DNA of 64,000 nt, from NCBI GenBank assembly GCA_965220745.1, contig CBDCQT010000010.1:1-64000 (forward strand), given 5' to 3'. Numbering within the stretch: the stretch's first letter is position 1; every line of letters starts with the position of its first letter. Shown one piece after another: positions 1 to 8,633 of the stretch. The notes under the pieces are model-generated. The model saw only the letters and a list, made by a program, of their open reading frames with translations, was not told the DNA's origin and did not search any database. The translations under genes and the position numbers were made by a program. This DNA is from Alphaproteobacteria bacterium (lineage in GTDB: Bacteria > Pseudomonadota > Alphaproteobacteria > UBA828).

Positions 1-1699
1 CCACGGCGGCGCGGCCGAGCAGCGGGTCGAAGCCGAGCCGCGCGGTCACGCGCTCGGCGTCCACTTGCACGCCGGCCACGTCCATCGTGAGCTCCCATTC
101 GACCTCGGGGTCCGCGATGTCGAGCACCTGCATGACGCGCACCGTGGCGCCCGCGCCGCCGCCTGCGGCTTCCACCCATTGCGTGAGCGCGCGGCCCACG
201 TTGTCGATCGCAAGCTCGGCCTGCGGCGCCTGGCCCTCCACGTCGTCGGCCAGGCGCGCGTCGAAGCGCAGCGCGACGTAGCGGTTGCCCTCGATCGTGC
301 GGTCCTCGGTATCGTTGACGACGCGCACCGGGTCCGGCACCGCCGGATGGCGTATCTCAAGCGCGGTGAGCACGCGGCGCTCGGGCGCGCTTTCGCGGAT
401 TGCGCGGGCGTACAGTTCCGAGGCCGGCGGCACGCGGTGGACGCGGGCCGAGACCTGCGGCGCGCCGCTTTCGGCGAGGCCGCGCAGGCTGAAATGGATA
501 ATCCGCCCGAGCCGGGCGAAGGCCAGCGGCCTGCCGGCCTCGGCCCGGCCGGCGATGGCGTGGGCGTCGATACGGCGCAGGCGGGCGCTGATCTCCGCCG
601 CCCCGGCGTCGGCACGGCCCCGGATGGCATGGGCGTCGATGCGGCGCAGGCGGGCGCTCGCCTCCGGTGCGCCGGCGGCGGCGAGGCCGCCCGACCTGCG
701 AATCGTGGGCGTGACGCGCGCCACCGTGGCGCTCGCCTCGGCCGCGCCGGCGGCGGCGCTGCCCCGCACTGCGATCGCGGTGACGGCCGGGCGCGCGAAC
801 GCCAGGATGAAGCCCTGTCCGTCGTCGATGTTGTTGACGATCGTCAGATCGTCGCCGCCGATCGGGCCGAACTGGACGAAGTGGCCGCCCGCATTCGAGA
901 ACGTCGAGGCGGGAAAGCTGCCGAGGCCGTCGACGGTCTGGACATAGACCGTGAGATCGGCGCCGGCGCCGCCGGTGCCGAAGTGGTCGGCGAGCACGAG
1001 CGGCGCGTTGTCGTTAATCATGAAGAACGCGCCGTTGCGCCGCCTGATCCGGGTGATGGCGGCATCGCTCGTGCCGAGGCCCAGCTCGCCGTCGAGCAGC
1101 GCGCCCACGGTGCCGCGCGGCGGGACGGCGAAGATGGTGCCGCCGGACCCGGAGCCGGCGCGGATCAGCGCGAGCAGGTCGAGCTCAAGCCCGGCCGCGT
1201 CGAAGTCCGCGAGCGTGAGCTGCGGCACCCGCTCCACCGTGGCGGCGGCCTCCGCCGCGCCGGCCTCGGCCACGCCCGTTATCGCGGTGGAGGGCTCCAC
1301 GCCGTCGTCGAGCGTGAAGGTGAAGTTGCCCGCCCGCTCGGCAAACCACGCGGTCATCGCGGTGTTGTTGTCCGGCGTCCAGAAGTAGGGCTCGCTCGCG
1401 TCCGCGAAGTCGTTGTCGGCGTGGCCGGGGCCTTTCAACGTGAAGGTGGCGCCGTCGGTGCCGGCGAAGGTGAAGGCCTCGTCGGCGGTCTCCAGCGCGC
1501 CGGTGAACTCCGGCCCGGCGTCGAGCGGCTCGCCGGTCTCGGTTGCCGAAAGCCGAATGCGAACGCTGATGCCGACACGCTGGATATGGCGCAGATAGGC
1601 GACGCCCCCGCCCACGACGAAGGCGGGGTCGATCAGGACGGCGCCCTGCCATCCGGTTTCGACCTGAAGGCCGGTAAGCTGGAGGACCTGCCGCGTCAT
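1..1699 (-). CDS. Phage tail hub/minor tail protein: C-terminal DUF1833-like domain with long N-terminal extension (3' end outside window)
   Basis: Not in the ORF track because there is no stop in the window. Manual translation from ATG 1699 is open to the edge: MTRQVLQLTG...LEIRHPAVPDPVRVVNDT...YVALRFDARLADDVEGQAPQAELAIDNVGRALTQWVE. Confidence 0.75.
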   Translation of the reverse strand, partial: MTRQVLQLTGLQVETGWQGAVLIDPAFVVGGGVAYLRHIQRVGISVRIRLSATETGEPLDAGPEFTGALETADEAFTFAGTDGATFTLKGPGHADNDFADASEPYFWTPDNNTAMTAWFAERAGNFTFTLDDGVEPSTAITGVAEAGAAEAAATVERVPQLTLADFDAAGLELDLLALIRAGSGSGGTIFAVPPRGTVGALLDGELGLGTSDAAITRIRRRNGAFFMINDNAPLVLADHFGTGGAGADLTVYVQTVDGLGSFPASTFSNAGGHFVQFGPIGGDDLTIVNNIDDGQGFILAFARPAVTAIAVRGSAAAGAAEASATVARVTPTIRRSGGLAAAGAPEASARLRRIDAHAIRGRADAGAAEISARLRRIDAHAIAGRAEAGRPLAFARLGRIIHFSLRGLAESGAPQVSARVHRVPPASELYARAIRESAPERRVLTALEIRHPAVPDPVRVVNDTEDRTIEGNRYVALRFDARLADDVEGQAPQAELAIDNVGRALTQWVEAAGGGAGATVRVMQVLDIADPEVEWELTMDVAGVQVDAERVTARLGFDPLLGRAAV

Positions 1700-1723
1700 G
1701 CGCCGCCCCGCCGCCCTCGTTCG

Positions 1724-1750
1724 CGCCCTACCGCTGCGCTGCTTGAGGGC
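1724..1750 (-). repeat. 27-bp intercistronic hairpin repeat, copy 1
   Basis: cgccctaccgctgcgctgcttgagggc; 26/27 identical to 5878-5904. Confidence 0.8.
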
Positions 1751-2145
1751 TAGATCGTGCCGGCGGGAATGCGCACGACGACGGCGCCCGCCGCCACGCG
1801 CAGGATGTCGTCGGTGGTCTGTTGCGAGATCGTGGCCGGGTTGTTGGCCCCATCGAGAAGCGGACCCCACGCGCGCACGGTGCCGCCGGCGGCAGCCGAC
1901 ATGATGGCGAAGTGGGTGGCGTTCTGGACCAGGCCGGTCGGCGCGAAGTCGACCGCCGCGAGGTTCTTCACCTCGCCGGCCGGGTCGGCGTTCACGCGGC
2001 CGAGGTTGATGGCGACCCGGCCGGCGGCCGCGATCAGATTGTTGCCGTTCGCGCCGGGATCGGCGCTGGCCAGCGCAAGATAGTCGTCGCCGGCGTTCGC
2101 GATGGCGAGCGCCGCCCGGCTCTGTTCCGCCGCTGCGATGGGCAT
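1750..2145 (-). CDS. Small phage tail-associated/fibre-like protein
   Basis: 131 aa with YLALASADPG, N..AVDF and ATHFAIMSAAAGG motifs typical of small tail proteins; lies in the tail operon. Confidence 0.6.
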   Translation of the reverse strand: MPIAAAEQSRAALAIANAGDDYLALASADPGANGNNLIAAAGRVAINLGRVNADPAGEVKNLAAVDFAPTGLVQNATHFAIMSAAAGGTVRAWGPLLDGANNPATISQQTTDDILRVAAGAVVVRIPAGTI

Positions 2146-2175
2146 TGGGTCAGTCTCCTTTACGTGGACATGAGC

Positions 2176-2303
2176 GGGACCGGGCCGCAGGCCCGGACGG
2201 CGCGACCGCGCCGCGCGCGTAGCGCGTAGCCAAGCTCGCGGAGCGAGTGCGTCGCGCGGCCACGCGCGCGGGCGCGCGATGCGATTGAGGGAAATGAAGA
2301 GTC
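2176..2303 (+). repeat. Dispersed ~110-130 bp palindromic repeat, copy A
   Basis: Shares ggcccggacggcgcgac...gcgcgtagccaagc...ggagcgag...tgagggaaatgaa-gagtc with copies at 9153, 39483 and 62388. Confidence 0.8.
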
Positions 2304-2304
2304 T

Positions 2305-2679
2305 TCACAGCCCCACGCCCTCCAGCGTGAGGGCCGCCTCCCACGAGCGCCGGCCGTCGCCACCGACGCGCGCGATGTAGTCGATCCCGCCGGCGCCGCC
2401 ACGCACGCGGGCTTGATGCAGGGCGCCGGTCTCGGGCGCGGTCCAGGCAAACCATTGATGCGCGCAGTCTGCTGCCCACGCGCGGAAGCGCGCATAGTCG
2501 TCATCGTCCGCGATCAGCACGGTGAGGCGCAGCGCCGTGAGCGCGGATGCGAAGCGCCGCTCCTGGCGGACGAAGCCATCGTCGAAGGGCGTGCGCGCGA
2601 CGTTGGGATCGTCGGCGACGCCGTAGCCGTCCGCCTCGACCGCGACATAATCGGGCCACACCAGACCGCCGGCGCTCAT
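2305..2679 (-). CDS. Phage distal-tail (Dit-like) minor tail protein
   Basis: 124 aa, WP...DGYG...VARTPFDDG..RQ.RRF...WFAW; directly after the tape measure gene with an ATGA-type overlap. Confidence 0.65.
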   Translation of the reverse strand: MSAGGLVWPDYVAVEADGYGVADDPNVARTPFDDGFVRQERRFASALTALRLTVLIADDDDYARFRAWAADCAHQWFAWTAPETGALHQARVRGGAGGIDYIARVGGDGRRSWEAALTLEGVGL

Positions 2680-3485
2680 GCCACCGCGTCCCTCAGTCCG
2701 AAGCGCCGCGCGATCGCTTGCGACGCCGGCCCGCCGGCGTCGAGGTCTTCGGTAACGATGGTCACGACCAGGCCGCGCGGATCGAGCCGCACCTCGCGGC
2801 CTACCTCGCGCTGCGGCGTGCCGCGATTCTCGAAATTGATATGGACCGAAGGCGCGCCGCGCGGGAGGGTCGCGCCGGGGCCGCGCGGCAAGATAACCTC
2901 GCCGCGTTGCGCGATGATCGGCACCTCGTCGGCGCGCAGGCCCGCAATTCCGCCACCGTGAAAGCGCGGTGCAAGGGCGAAGGCGCCGACCGGCACGGCG
3001 CGCGTGACGCCGCCCGAGGCGCCGACCAGACCGCCTTGGTGACCGACGCCGGCCTGCAAACGGCCAAACAGGTCGGCATCGGGAGCGCTCCCCCTGCCGA
3101 ACGCGCCAAACAGGGCATTGGCGAGCGGCTGGATGATGAAACGGCGTGTCGCAATTCGCGCGAGATCGGCAATCACCGAATCGACGAAGCCTGAGAACGA
3201 GGTCTCGCCCGTGGTGATGAAGCGGGTGAGCGCGGACTCCATGGCGCCGAAGGCGCTCTCGGCCGCAGTCCTGGCCTGATCCAGGGTACTCTCGCTCTCT
3301 CGCCCCAGACTGCCGAGCGCCACCGCAAACGTCTGCGTCGAACCCGCGGCACCTGACAGCGCGGTACCGGCCTCGTTGCCCCGACGCGCGGTTTCGCCAA
3401 GGGACCGATTGAGCGCGCCGATCCCCTGCAGCGCCTCCTGCATGTCCGCGCGGACACGGAGCGCGAGCTCGAGATCACCGGGCAT
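2676..3485 (-). CDS. Short tail tape measure protein
   Basis: 269 aa; N-terminal DLELALRVRAD; lambda-type C-terminal segments AFGAMESALTRFITTG...SVIADLARI and PRFHGGG...DEVPIIAQRGE. Confidence 0.75.
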   Translation of the reverse strand: MPGDLELALRVRADMQEALQGIGALNRSLGETARRGNEAGTALSGAAGSTQTFAVALGSLGRESESTLDQARTAAESAFGAMESALTRFITTGETSFSGFVDSVIADLARIATRRFIIQPLANALFGAFGRGSAPDADLFGRLQAGVGHQGGLVGASGGVTRAVPVGAFALAPRFHGGGIAGLRADEVPIIAQRGEVILPRGPGATLPRGAPSVHINFENRGTPQREVGREVRLDPRGLVVTIVTEDLDAGGPASQAIARRFGLRDAVA

Positions 3486-4050
3486 TAGTCGTATCCCTCG
3501 GGCGCCGGACGCTCATTCCGTGGCCGCGCGGAAGAAGAGGACGATCTGTCGCCACGTCAGGCGCTCGCTGAGATCGAGGTGGCCGCGTCCGTGCCCGGCG
3601 CGGACGAGGGTGTCGAGCACGCGGTAGAGCGGCACGGGCTCTCCTCCCGCGCCTGCGCCGCCATCTGGGCCGCCACCCGGCGCAAAAAAAAAATCCGCCG
3701 TTTGCCGCCCACATCGCCTCGGAGATTGCTCGTCCGTCCGCATCGCTCAAGCGGGCGAGCCATGCCGCGTCCCGGCGGCAGGCGCGGGCGGCAAGTTCCA
3801 GCCAGAGTGCCGCGTGGGTGGCGAGTTCACTCTCGATCGCCAGGGCGTCCGGCCCCTCGTGCTCGGCCCGATCGGGGACCAAGCCTGCCAGCGCGACGAT
3901 CAGAGGCCGAGCCAGCACCGTCGCCTCCAGTCCTTCGCGGAAGCGGTACTCACGCACGGTGAGCGAAACTTGCTCGCCCGTATCCGGGTCGTGCACCGTC
4001 ACCTCGCGATCCGGGAACAGCACCGCGAGCTCGTCGCCCACTCCCGTCAT
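3475..4050 (-). CDS. Tail assembly chaperone with slippery T10 run; alternative frames end at 3557 and 3513
   Basis: DELAVLFPDREVT...TVREYRFREGL...MWAANGGFF between tube and tape measure genes; A10 at 3684-3693 on the + strand. Confidence 0.7.
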   Translation of the reverse strand: MTGVGDELAVLFPDREVTVHDPDTGEQVSLTVREYRFREGLEATVLARPLIVALAGLVPDRAEHEGPDALAIESELATHAALWLELAARACRRDAAWLARLSDADGRAISEAMWAANGGFFFCAGWRPRWRRRRGRRARAALPRARHPRPRRARTRPPRSQRAPDVATDRPLLPRGHGMSVRRPRDTTNAR

Positions 4051-4937
4051 GCGGACTGCCCGTCGATGTAGAGCGCGGGCGCGCCGCCGCCTGGCTCCAG
4101 CATCGAGACGGCGAGGCGGATCTGCTGCTCGGAGGAGCGCCCGTCGAGCAGGGTGAGCCCGCCGGCGGGCTGGATCGAGCAGCGCGGCGCGTAGATATTC
4201 CGCCCCCGACCCTCGGCGGCATCCTCGATGTAGCGAAACGCGCCGATCACCTGGCCGAGCGCGCCCTGCACCTGGTCCCGCGCCGTATCGTCCGGCGTGT
4301 AGTCGATTCCGACCTCGGTACTGTCCACGATGCCGGCCTTCGGCTCATGCAGCGCGTGGTCTGCCGGCAGCCAGAAGATGCGGGCGCGGGCATAGTCCAC
4401 GATGTACTGGCCGGTCTGCTCGGTCTCGCTGGCACCGGTGCCGAAGCGCTCGGCCGCGATCGCCTGCGCCGCCGCCACCGGGGTCTGCGCCGTCGACGCG
4501 ACGGTCACGGCGCTGATCGCCGCCGCCTTGCTCGCCGGCGTGGCCAGCCTGAGAACGCCGGCGGGCCGGGCCGGGCCGCCAAGCTGATACCAGCGGCCGG
4601 GCCGGAAGATCGCAGGCTCGCCCGAGACCTGCGCGGCGGCATCCAGCCGCTTGACCGTGCTCACGGTAAAGAGGGCGAGGTTCTCCAGGCTGATGTCGTG
4701 GAGGGTGAGCGTCACCGTGCGCGCGACGCTGCGGGCGATGCGCGCGAGCTCCCGCGCGACCGGGCCTGAGCCGGAGAATACCGTGGTCTCCTCGGTGGTA
4801 ATCTCCAGCGCAGCCCCTACGGCATCGCCGAGATAGCGCTCGCCCGTCGGCGCGCCGCCCTCGTGGAGGTCGAGATAGACCTCACCTGCCCCGATCACGA
4901 TGTTGTCGGTGCGCTTGTCGATGTTTCGCGCGGTCAT
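4047..4937 (-). CDS. Major tail tube protein
   Basis: NIVIGAGEVYLD...ERYLGD...TLHDISLENLALF...GRWYQLG...C.IQPAG pattern; position in operon. Confidence 0.7.
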   Translation of the reverse strand: MTARNIDKRTDNIVIGAGEVYLDLHEGGAPTGERYLGDAVGAALEITTEETTVFSGSGPVARELARIARSVARTVTLTLHDISLENLALFTVSTVKRLDAAAQVSGEPAIFRPGRWYQLGGPARPAGVLRLATPASKAAAISAVTVASTAQTPVAAAQAIAAERFGTGASETEQTGQYIVDYARARIFWLPADHALHEPKAGIVDSTEVGIDYTPDDTARDQVQGALGQVIGAFRYIEDAAEGRGRNIYAPRCSIQPAGGLTLLDGRSSEQQIRLAVSMLEPGGGAPALYIDGQSA

Positions 4938-4949
4938 TCGCGTGTCTCC

Positions 4950-5426
4950 CTATTCCGCCTCGATAACGCCGGCGCGGGCGATGCGGCGGATTTCGTATTC
5001 GTCGAGCCATTGCAGTCGGCCGTCCTCCAGCGAGACCAGCTGCCCACGACGGAAGGACAGGACCTCGCGCTGGCCGGGCGGCGTCCAGCCGGCGAGCGCC
5101 TGCCTGGCCTGCGCCAGCAGGGCGGAGAGGCGCCCGCGCCTGCGCGCGCCGCCGCGGTCGTTGGGCGCCGCCACCATCACCGAGACCCCGATGCGGACGA
5201 CGTGCTGCACGGGTGCGTTCTCGACCCGGCGCGTCGTGCTCTCCTCCGCTTCGTCGGAGATGGGCAGGACCAGCGCCGCCGGCGTCTTGGGCCAGGCGGT
5301 GAGCGCGGCTGTATCCAGGGCGCTGAGCACGGAGGCGAAGACGGGCGCACGGTCGTCGGCCACGAGCGCGATGAGGCGTTCGGCCATCGCGTCGGCGAGG
5401 TGCATTTCCAGCGCGGCGAGGGTCAT
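4950..5426 (-). CDS. Mu gp37-like tail terminator
   Basis: RQALAGWTPP...F..GQLVSLEDGRLQWLDEY motif; position after gpG. Confidence 0.65.
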   Translation of the reverse strand: MTLAALEMHLADAMAERLIALVADDRAPVFASVLSALDTAALTAWPKTPAALVLPISDEAEESTTRRVENAPVQHVVRIGVSVMVAAPNDRGGARRRGRLSALLAQARQALAGWTPPGQREVLSFRRGQLVSLEDGRLQWLDEYEIRRIARAGVIEAE

Positions 5427-5872
5427 GTCCCCGCTCCTTCGAGCGCGCGCGCGACGATGCCCAGGATGTTGGTGCGGTCGTGCTCGTCGATGCCGAGATA
5501 GGCGCGCGCCGGGAGCGTCACCCTGCGGCCACTGCCGGCGCGCCCGCCGAACTGGTGGATGGCGGCGTAGATGACGCTCGAGCCGACCTCGACCGCGTGG
5601 CCGCCGTCGATGACCGTGTGTGCGATGGAGCCGCGCAACCGACCCGTATCGGTGAGCGTCTTCCCGCCTTCGGCGAGAGCGCGGGCGCTTCTCAGCCAGG
5701 GCTTGCCGTCGGGCCCGCGCTCACGCTCGAAGCGTCGCAGCGTTGAGGCGACGAGGTAGTGCCCGATCTGGTCCATCGTAGCGGAGGAATCGGCCAGCAC
5801 CACCGCCATGCGCGCGAGACCTGCGTTGAGCGTCGCACCCTCGACTTCCAAGCTGATCCGTTGGGAGACCAT
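5423..5872 (-). CDS. Phage virion morphogenesis protein (Mu gpG / P2 gpS family)
   Basis: RF..E.GPDG.PW, TLTDTGRLRGSI, YAAIHQFGG and LPARAYLGI motifs. Confidence 0.9.
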   Translation of the reverse strand: MVSQRISLEVEGATLNAGLARMAVVLADSSATMDQIGHYLVASTLRRFERERGPDGKPWLRSARALAEGGKTLTDTGRLRGSIAHTVIDGGHAVEVGSSVIYAAIHQFGGRAGSGRRVTLPARAYLGIDEHDRTNILGIVARALEGAGT

Positions 5873-5877
5873 TATTT

Positions 5878-5904
5878 CGCCCTACCGCTTCGCTGCTTGA
5901 GGGC
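5878..5904 (-). repeat. 27-bp intercistronic hairpin repeat, copy 2
   Basis: cgccctaccgcttcgctgcttgagggc between the gp36 stop and the gpG start. Confidence 0.8.
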
Positions 5905-5909
5905 GTCCA

Positions 5910-6311
5910 TCACAACCCCGCCAGGGTGTCGGGTGTCAGGGACGGCGTGGGGCCGCCGCGCGCCGCCCTGTCGTGCCGGGGCACCGGGTCGCCGGCGGCG
6001 TCGAGAAGCGCCTCCTCACCGGACGCGAGGCGGGCGAGGGCCGCCTGCGCCCGCTCGGCCCTCGCGGTCACTTCCTCCGGCGAGACGTCGTCGTAGAGCG
6101 CGCGCCGGGCCAGGTCGCAGGCGATTGCCACGAGCCGCGGCCAGGAGCCCCCGCCCAGGGGCAGGCGATAGGCGGAGGCGAGCGCAGCGTCGATCTCGGC
6201 CGCGGCGTCGGCGAGCGCGGACTCGATCCGCCCGGCCTGCATCCCGGCGAGGTCCAGTGTCTCCTCCGCACCGAAGCGCGCCTCCATGTCCGCGCGGGTG
6301 GCGTAGGTCAT
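5910..6311 (-). CDS. Mu gp36 / DUF1320 head-tail connector
   Basis: MTYATRADM..RFG, ALADAAAEIDA.L...Y.LPL and IACDLAR..LY motifs. Confidence 0.9.
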   Translation of the reverse strand: MTYATRADMEARFGAEETLDLAGMQAGRIESALADAAAEIDAALASAYRLPLGGGSWPRLVAIACDLARRALYDDVSPEEVTARAERAQAALARLASGEEALLDAAGDPVPRHDRAARGGPTPSLTPDTLAGL

Positions 6312-7288
6312 GTTTCCGCGCGCCTCCCGGCGCGACCCCGCATCTCCCGCACTTGGGCGGGAGTGAGAGAGGCCTCGAAACGATCTCGGCGGCGATGAAC
6401 CAAGCGGAAGGAGACGCCGTTGATGGTCTCGCGCCGACCGTCCAGCGCGGGCTCGCCGAAGGCGCGCAGCGTGCCGCCGCGCGTGCCGCGATCGACCAGG
6501 ACGAGCCGGCGGGCGAACGCCGGTGCGGTCTGCGGCGTCGGCTCCAGAAATGTCTTTCCAAAGCGGCGCCGCATTTCCCGCCAGGTGACGGTCAGGCCCG
6601 CCTCGGGTACCGGCAGAGCCGTCGCCTCGGCCCCCTCTTCCTCCACCTCTCCGTCGGGGCCGAGTCCGGCCTCAGCCAGTGCGCGACGATGCTCGCGCTC
6701 GTAGACCGCGATGCGTGCCTCCAGCGCGGCGCTCGCCCGTTTGGCCTCCTCCGGAGTCTCGGTCACGCCGGCGTCGGCCATGGCTTGCTGGCGCCGCGCT
6801 TCCTCCGCCCGCTCGCGCTCGATCGCCTGCGTCATGCGGGCAGCGTATTCGCGGGCGCTCGCCTGGCGCGCTGCGAGCGCAGCCTGTTCGGCGTCCGCGC
6901 TCATTCGCTCGCACGCCTCCCGCACCGCCTCCGGGACCGGCGGCTGCGGATAGTCGATCTCCTCGCGGGTCGTGTAGGCCGGCACCGCCGCCCGCGCGCG
7001 GGCGGCATAGTCGAGCACCGCGAGCAGGGTGACGGACGGTGTGCCGATGACGCGCCGCTCGGCGTCGCGGAGCGCGCGCATCTCGGGCACGATCCGCTGA
7101 TAGAGGGTGCGGCTCATGGCATCGCCGCGCAGCCAGCCGATCCACGAATCGCGGATCTCGCAGTAGGCGTGGACCATGTTCAGCAGGCGCTCGGCATGCC
7201 GGCAGACCTCGCCCTCGGCCGCGCTCTGGCGCGGGTCCGCCGGCGAATAGCCGAGCCCGCACAGGTGATCGGGAGGGGATGCGGCCAT
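6308..7288 (-). CDS. Hypothetical protein with coiled-coil centre, between capsid and gp36
   Basis: 326-aa ORF starting 4 bp after the capsid stop and overlapping the gp36 start (ATGA). Confidence 0.65.
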   Translation of the reverse strand: MAASPPDHLCGLGYSPADPRQSAAEGEVCRHAERLLNMVHAYCEIRDSWIGWLRGDAMSRTLYQRIVPEMRALRDAERRVIGTPSVTLLAVLDYAARARAAVPAYTTREEIDYPQPPVPEAVREACERMSADAEQAALAARQASAREYAARMTQAIERERAEEARRQQAMADAGVTETPEEAKRASAALEARIAVYEREHRRALAEAGLGPDGEVEEEGAEATALPVPEAGLTVTWREMRRRFGKTFLEPTPQTAPAFARRLVLVDRGTRGGTLRAFGEPALDGRRETINGVSFRLVHRRRDRFEASLTPAQVREMRGRAGRRAET

Positions 7289-7291
7289 CGG

Positions 7292-8266
7292 CTAGGCCAC
7301 CGCGTTGCGCCAGAGGTAGCCGGCGCGGCTGTAGGCCACGAGTTCCTTGACGCACTCGCTGACCTTGACGACGGTCGAGCCACGGTTGACGCCGCGCGCC
7401 GGCTCCTCGTAGGTGCCGACCTGCAACCCGCCGAGGGCATCGGCGGTCCAGCAGAACTTGGGCATCCGGTCGCGGGAGGACGCCATGTCGCGGCGCACGT
7501 GGATCGCACAGGCGTGCTTGCCCCAGAGGCGGGCGAAGCTGTCTTCCTGGCCGCGCTTGGCGCTCTGATACCAGGCCATGCCGACCAGCACGCGGTCGAC
7601 CTCGAAGAGCTCGGCCACCGCCTCCTTCACGACGATGCCGGAAGCCTGATCGCCGGCGCCGGTGGCAGCCACCGCTTCCACGATCTTCGGATGCTGGCGG
7701 AGCGCGGTCCACACCTTTTGGCCGAAAACCAGCACGTTGGGGCGGACGAGAGGCACGTCGAGAGCCTCCAGGATCGCCTTGCGCGGGTTCGAGCTGGCGT
7801 GGCTCCACTGCGCATTGCCGTTGAGCGTGGCGGAGTGGCCCGCCGCGTAGCTGGACGCGGTGGTCACCAAGTCGGCCACGCGCCGCTCGCGCGCGAGCTT
7901 CACCAGTTCGGCGGTCGAGATCGCGGCCTGCTCCAGCGGGTCGTAGGCGACCTCCTGAGCGCGGGCTTCCTCGATGTCGCGGGAGGGGACCGGGTCTTCC
8001 AGGCCGTAATCGACGACGCTCGCGGTGGTGTCCGTGGCGCCGAACTCGACCTGATTGAGGCGCCCTGCGCGGGAGGCCCGCACGTCCGGGATGGTGAGCA
8101 GGTCCTCCTCGGTAAGCGTGGTGTAAGTGAACTTGTAACCGGTGCGGACGCGCGGGCAGACCTCGTCGGCGATCAGGCCGGACGGCATCGCCGCCTGCGC
8201 GATCTGCGTGAGCCGGGTCTGGACCTCGTAGGGGCCAGAAGCGAGCTGGGTGGTGTGCAGATCCAT
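7292..8266 (-). CDS. Major capsid protein
   Basis: LTQIA...LIADEVCPRV, VEFGA, DYGLEDPVP, LARERRVADLV and ALRQHPKIV motifs of Mu-like/gpE capsids. Confidence 0.85.
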   Translation of the reverse strand: MDLHTTQLASGPYEVQTRLTQIAQAAMPSGLIADEVCPRVRTGYKFTYTTLTEEDLLTIPDVRASRAGRLNQVEFGATDTTASVVDYGLEDPVPSRDIEEARAQEVAYDPLEQAAISTAELVKLARERRVADLVTTASSYAAGHSATLNGNAQWSHASSNPRKAILEALDVPLVRPNVLVFGQKVWTALRQHPKIVEAVAATGAGDQASGIVVKEAVAELFEVDRVLVGMAWYQSAKRGQEDSFARLWGKHACAIHVRRDMASSRDRMPKFCWTADALGGLQVGTYEEPARGVNRGSTVVKVSECVKELVAYSRAGYLWRNAVA

Positions 8267-8276
8267 GGTGATTCCC

Positions 8277-8633
8277 TCAGTGAAGGCCGGGGGCGAGCAG
8301 CACCTGGCCGATGTCGCCGGAGACGCCGGAGACCTCGGCGATGCCGATGACGCGGTTACCGTCGGCTGCGGTCACCGCCTTGCCGTCGGCGTCGGCGGTG
8401 AGCAGCGCGCCCCGCGCGACGTTGGCGCCGTATTCGATGTCGGCGATGCCGGTGCGGGCGATCTCGACACGCCCACCCGAGGCCGCAGACGCCCGGCCGG
8501 AGACCCCGACGTGGGCGTCTGCAGCGGCGGCGGACTGCACCACCTTGCCGTCGGCGTCGCCGTACTTGACGATTCGGTGGGGGGCGACGGCACCGCCGGC
8601 GTCCGCCGCCCGCCACATCAACACATGACTCAT
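8277..8633 (-). CDS. Capsid cement/decoration protein (DUF2190-like)
   Basis: 118 aa; RIVKYG, G..VARGALLTADADGKAV and IG.A..SGVSGDI motifs. Confidence 0.8.
   Translation of the reverse strand: MSHVLMWRAADAGGAVAPHRIVKYGDADGKVVQSAAAADAHVGVSGRASAASGGRVEIARTGIADIEYGANVARGALLTADADGKAVTAADGNRVIGIAEVSGVSGDIGQVLLAPGLH

Noticed and set aside
65-1753. 562-aa plus-strand ORF
   Set aside because: Antisense shadow of the real minus-strand tail gene; no recognisable motifs
5759-8350. 863-aa plus-strand ORF and similar long ORFs (29044-31572, 46810-49461, 14338-16107)
   Set aside because: Arg/Gly/Ala-rich shadow frames opposite well-supported genes, expected at about 70% GC
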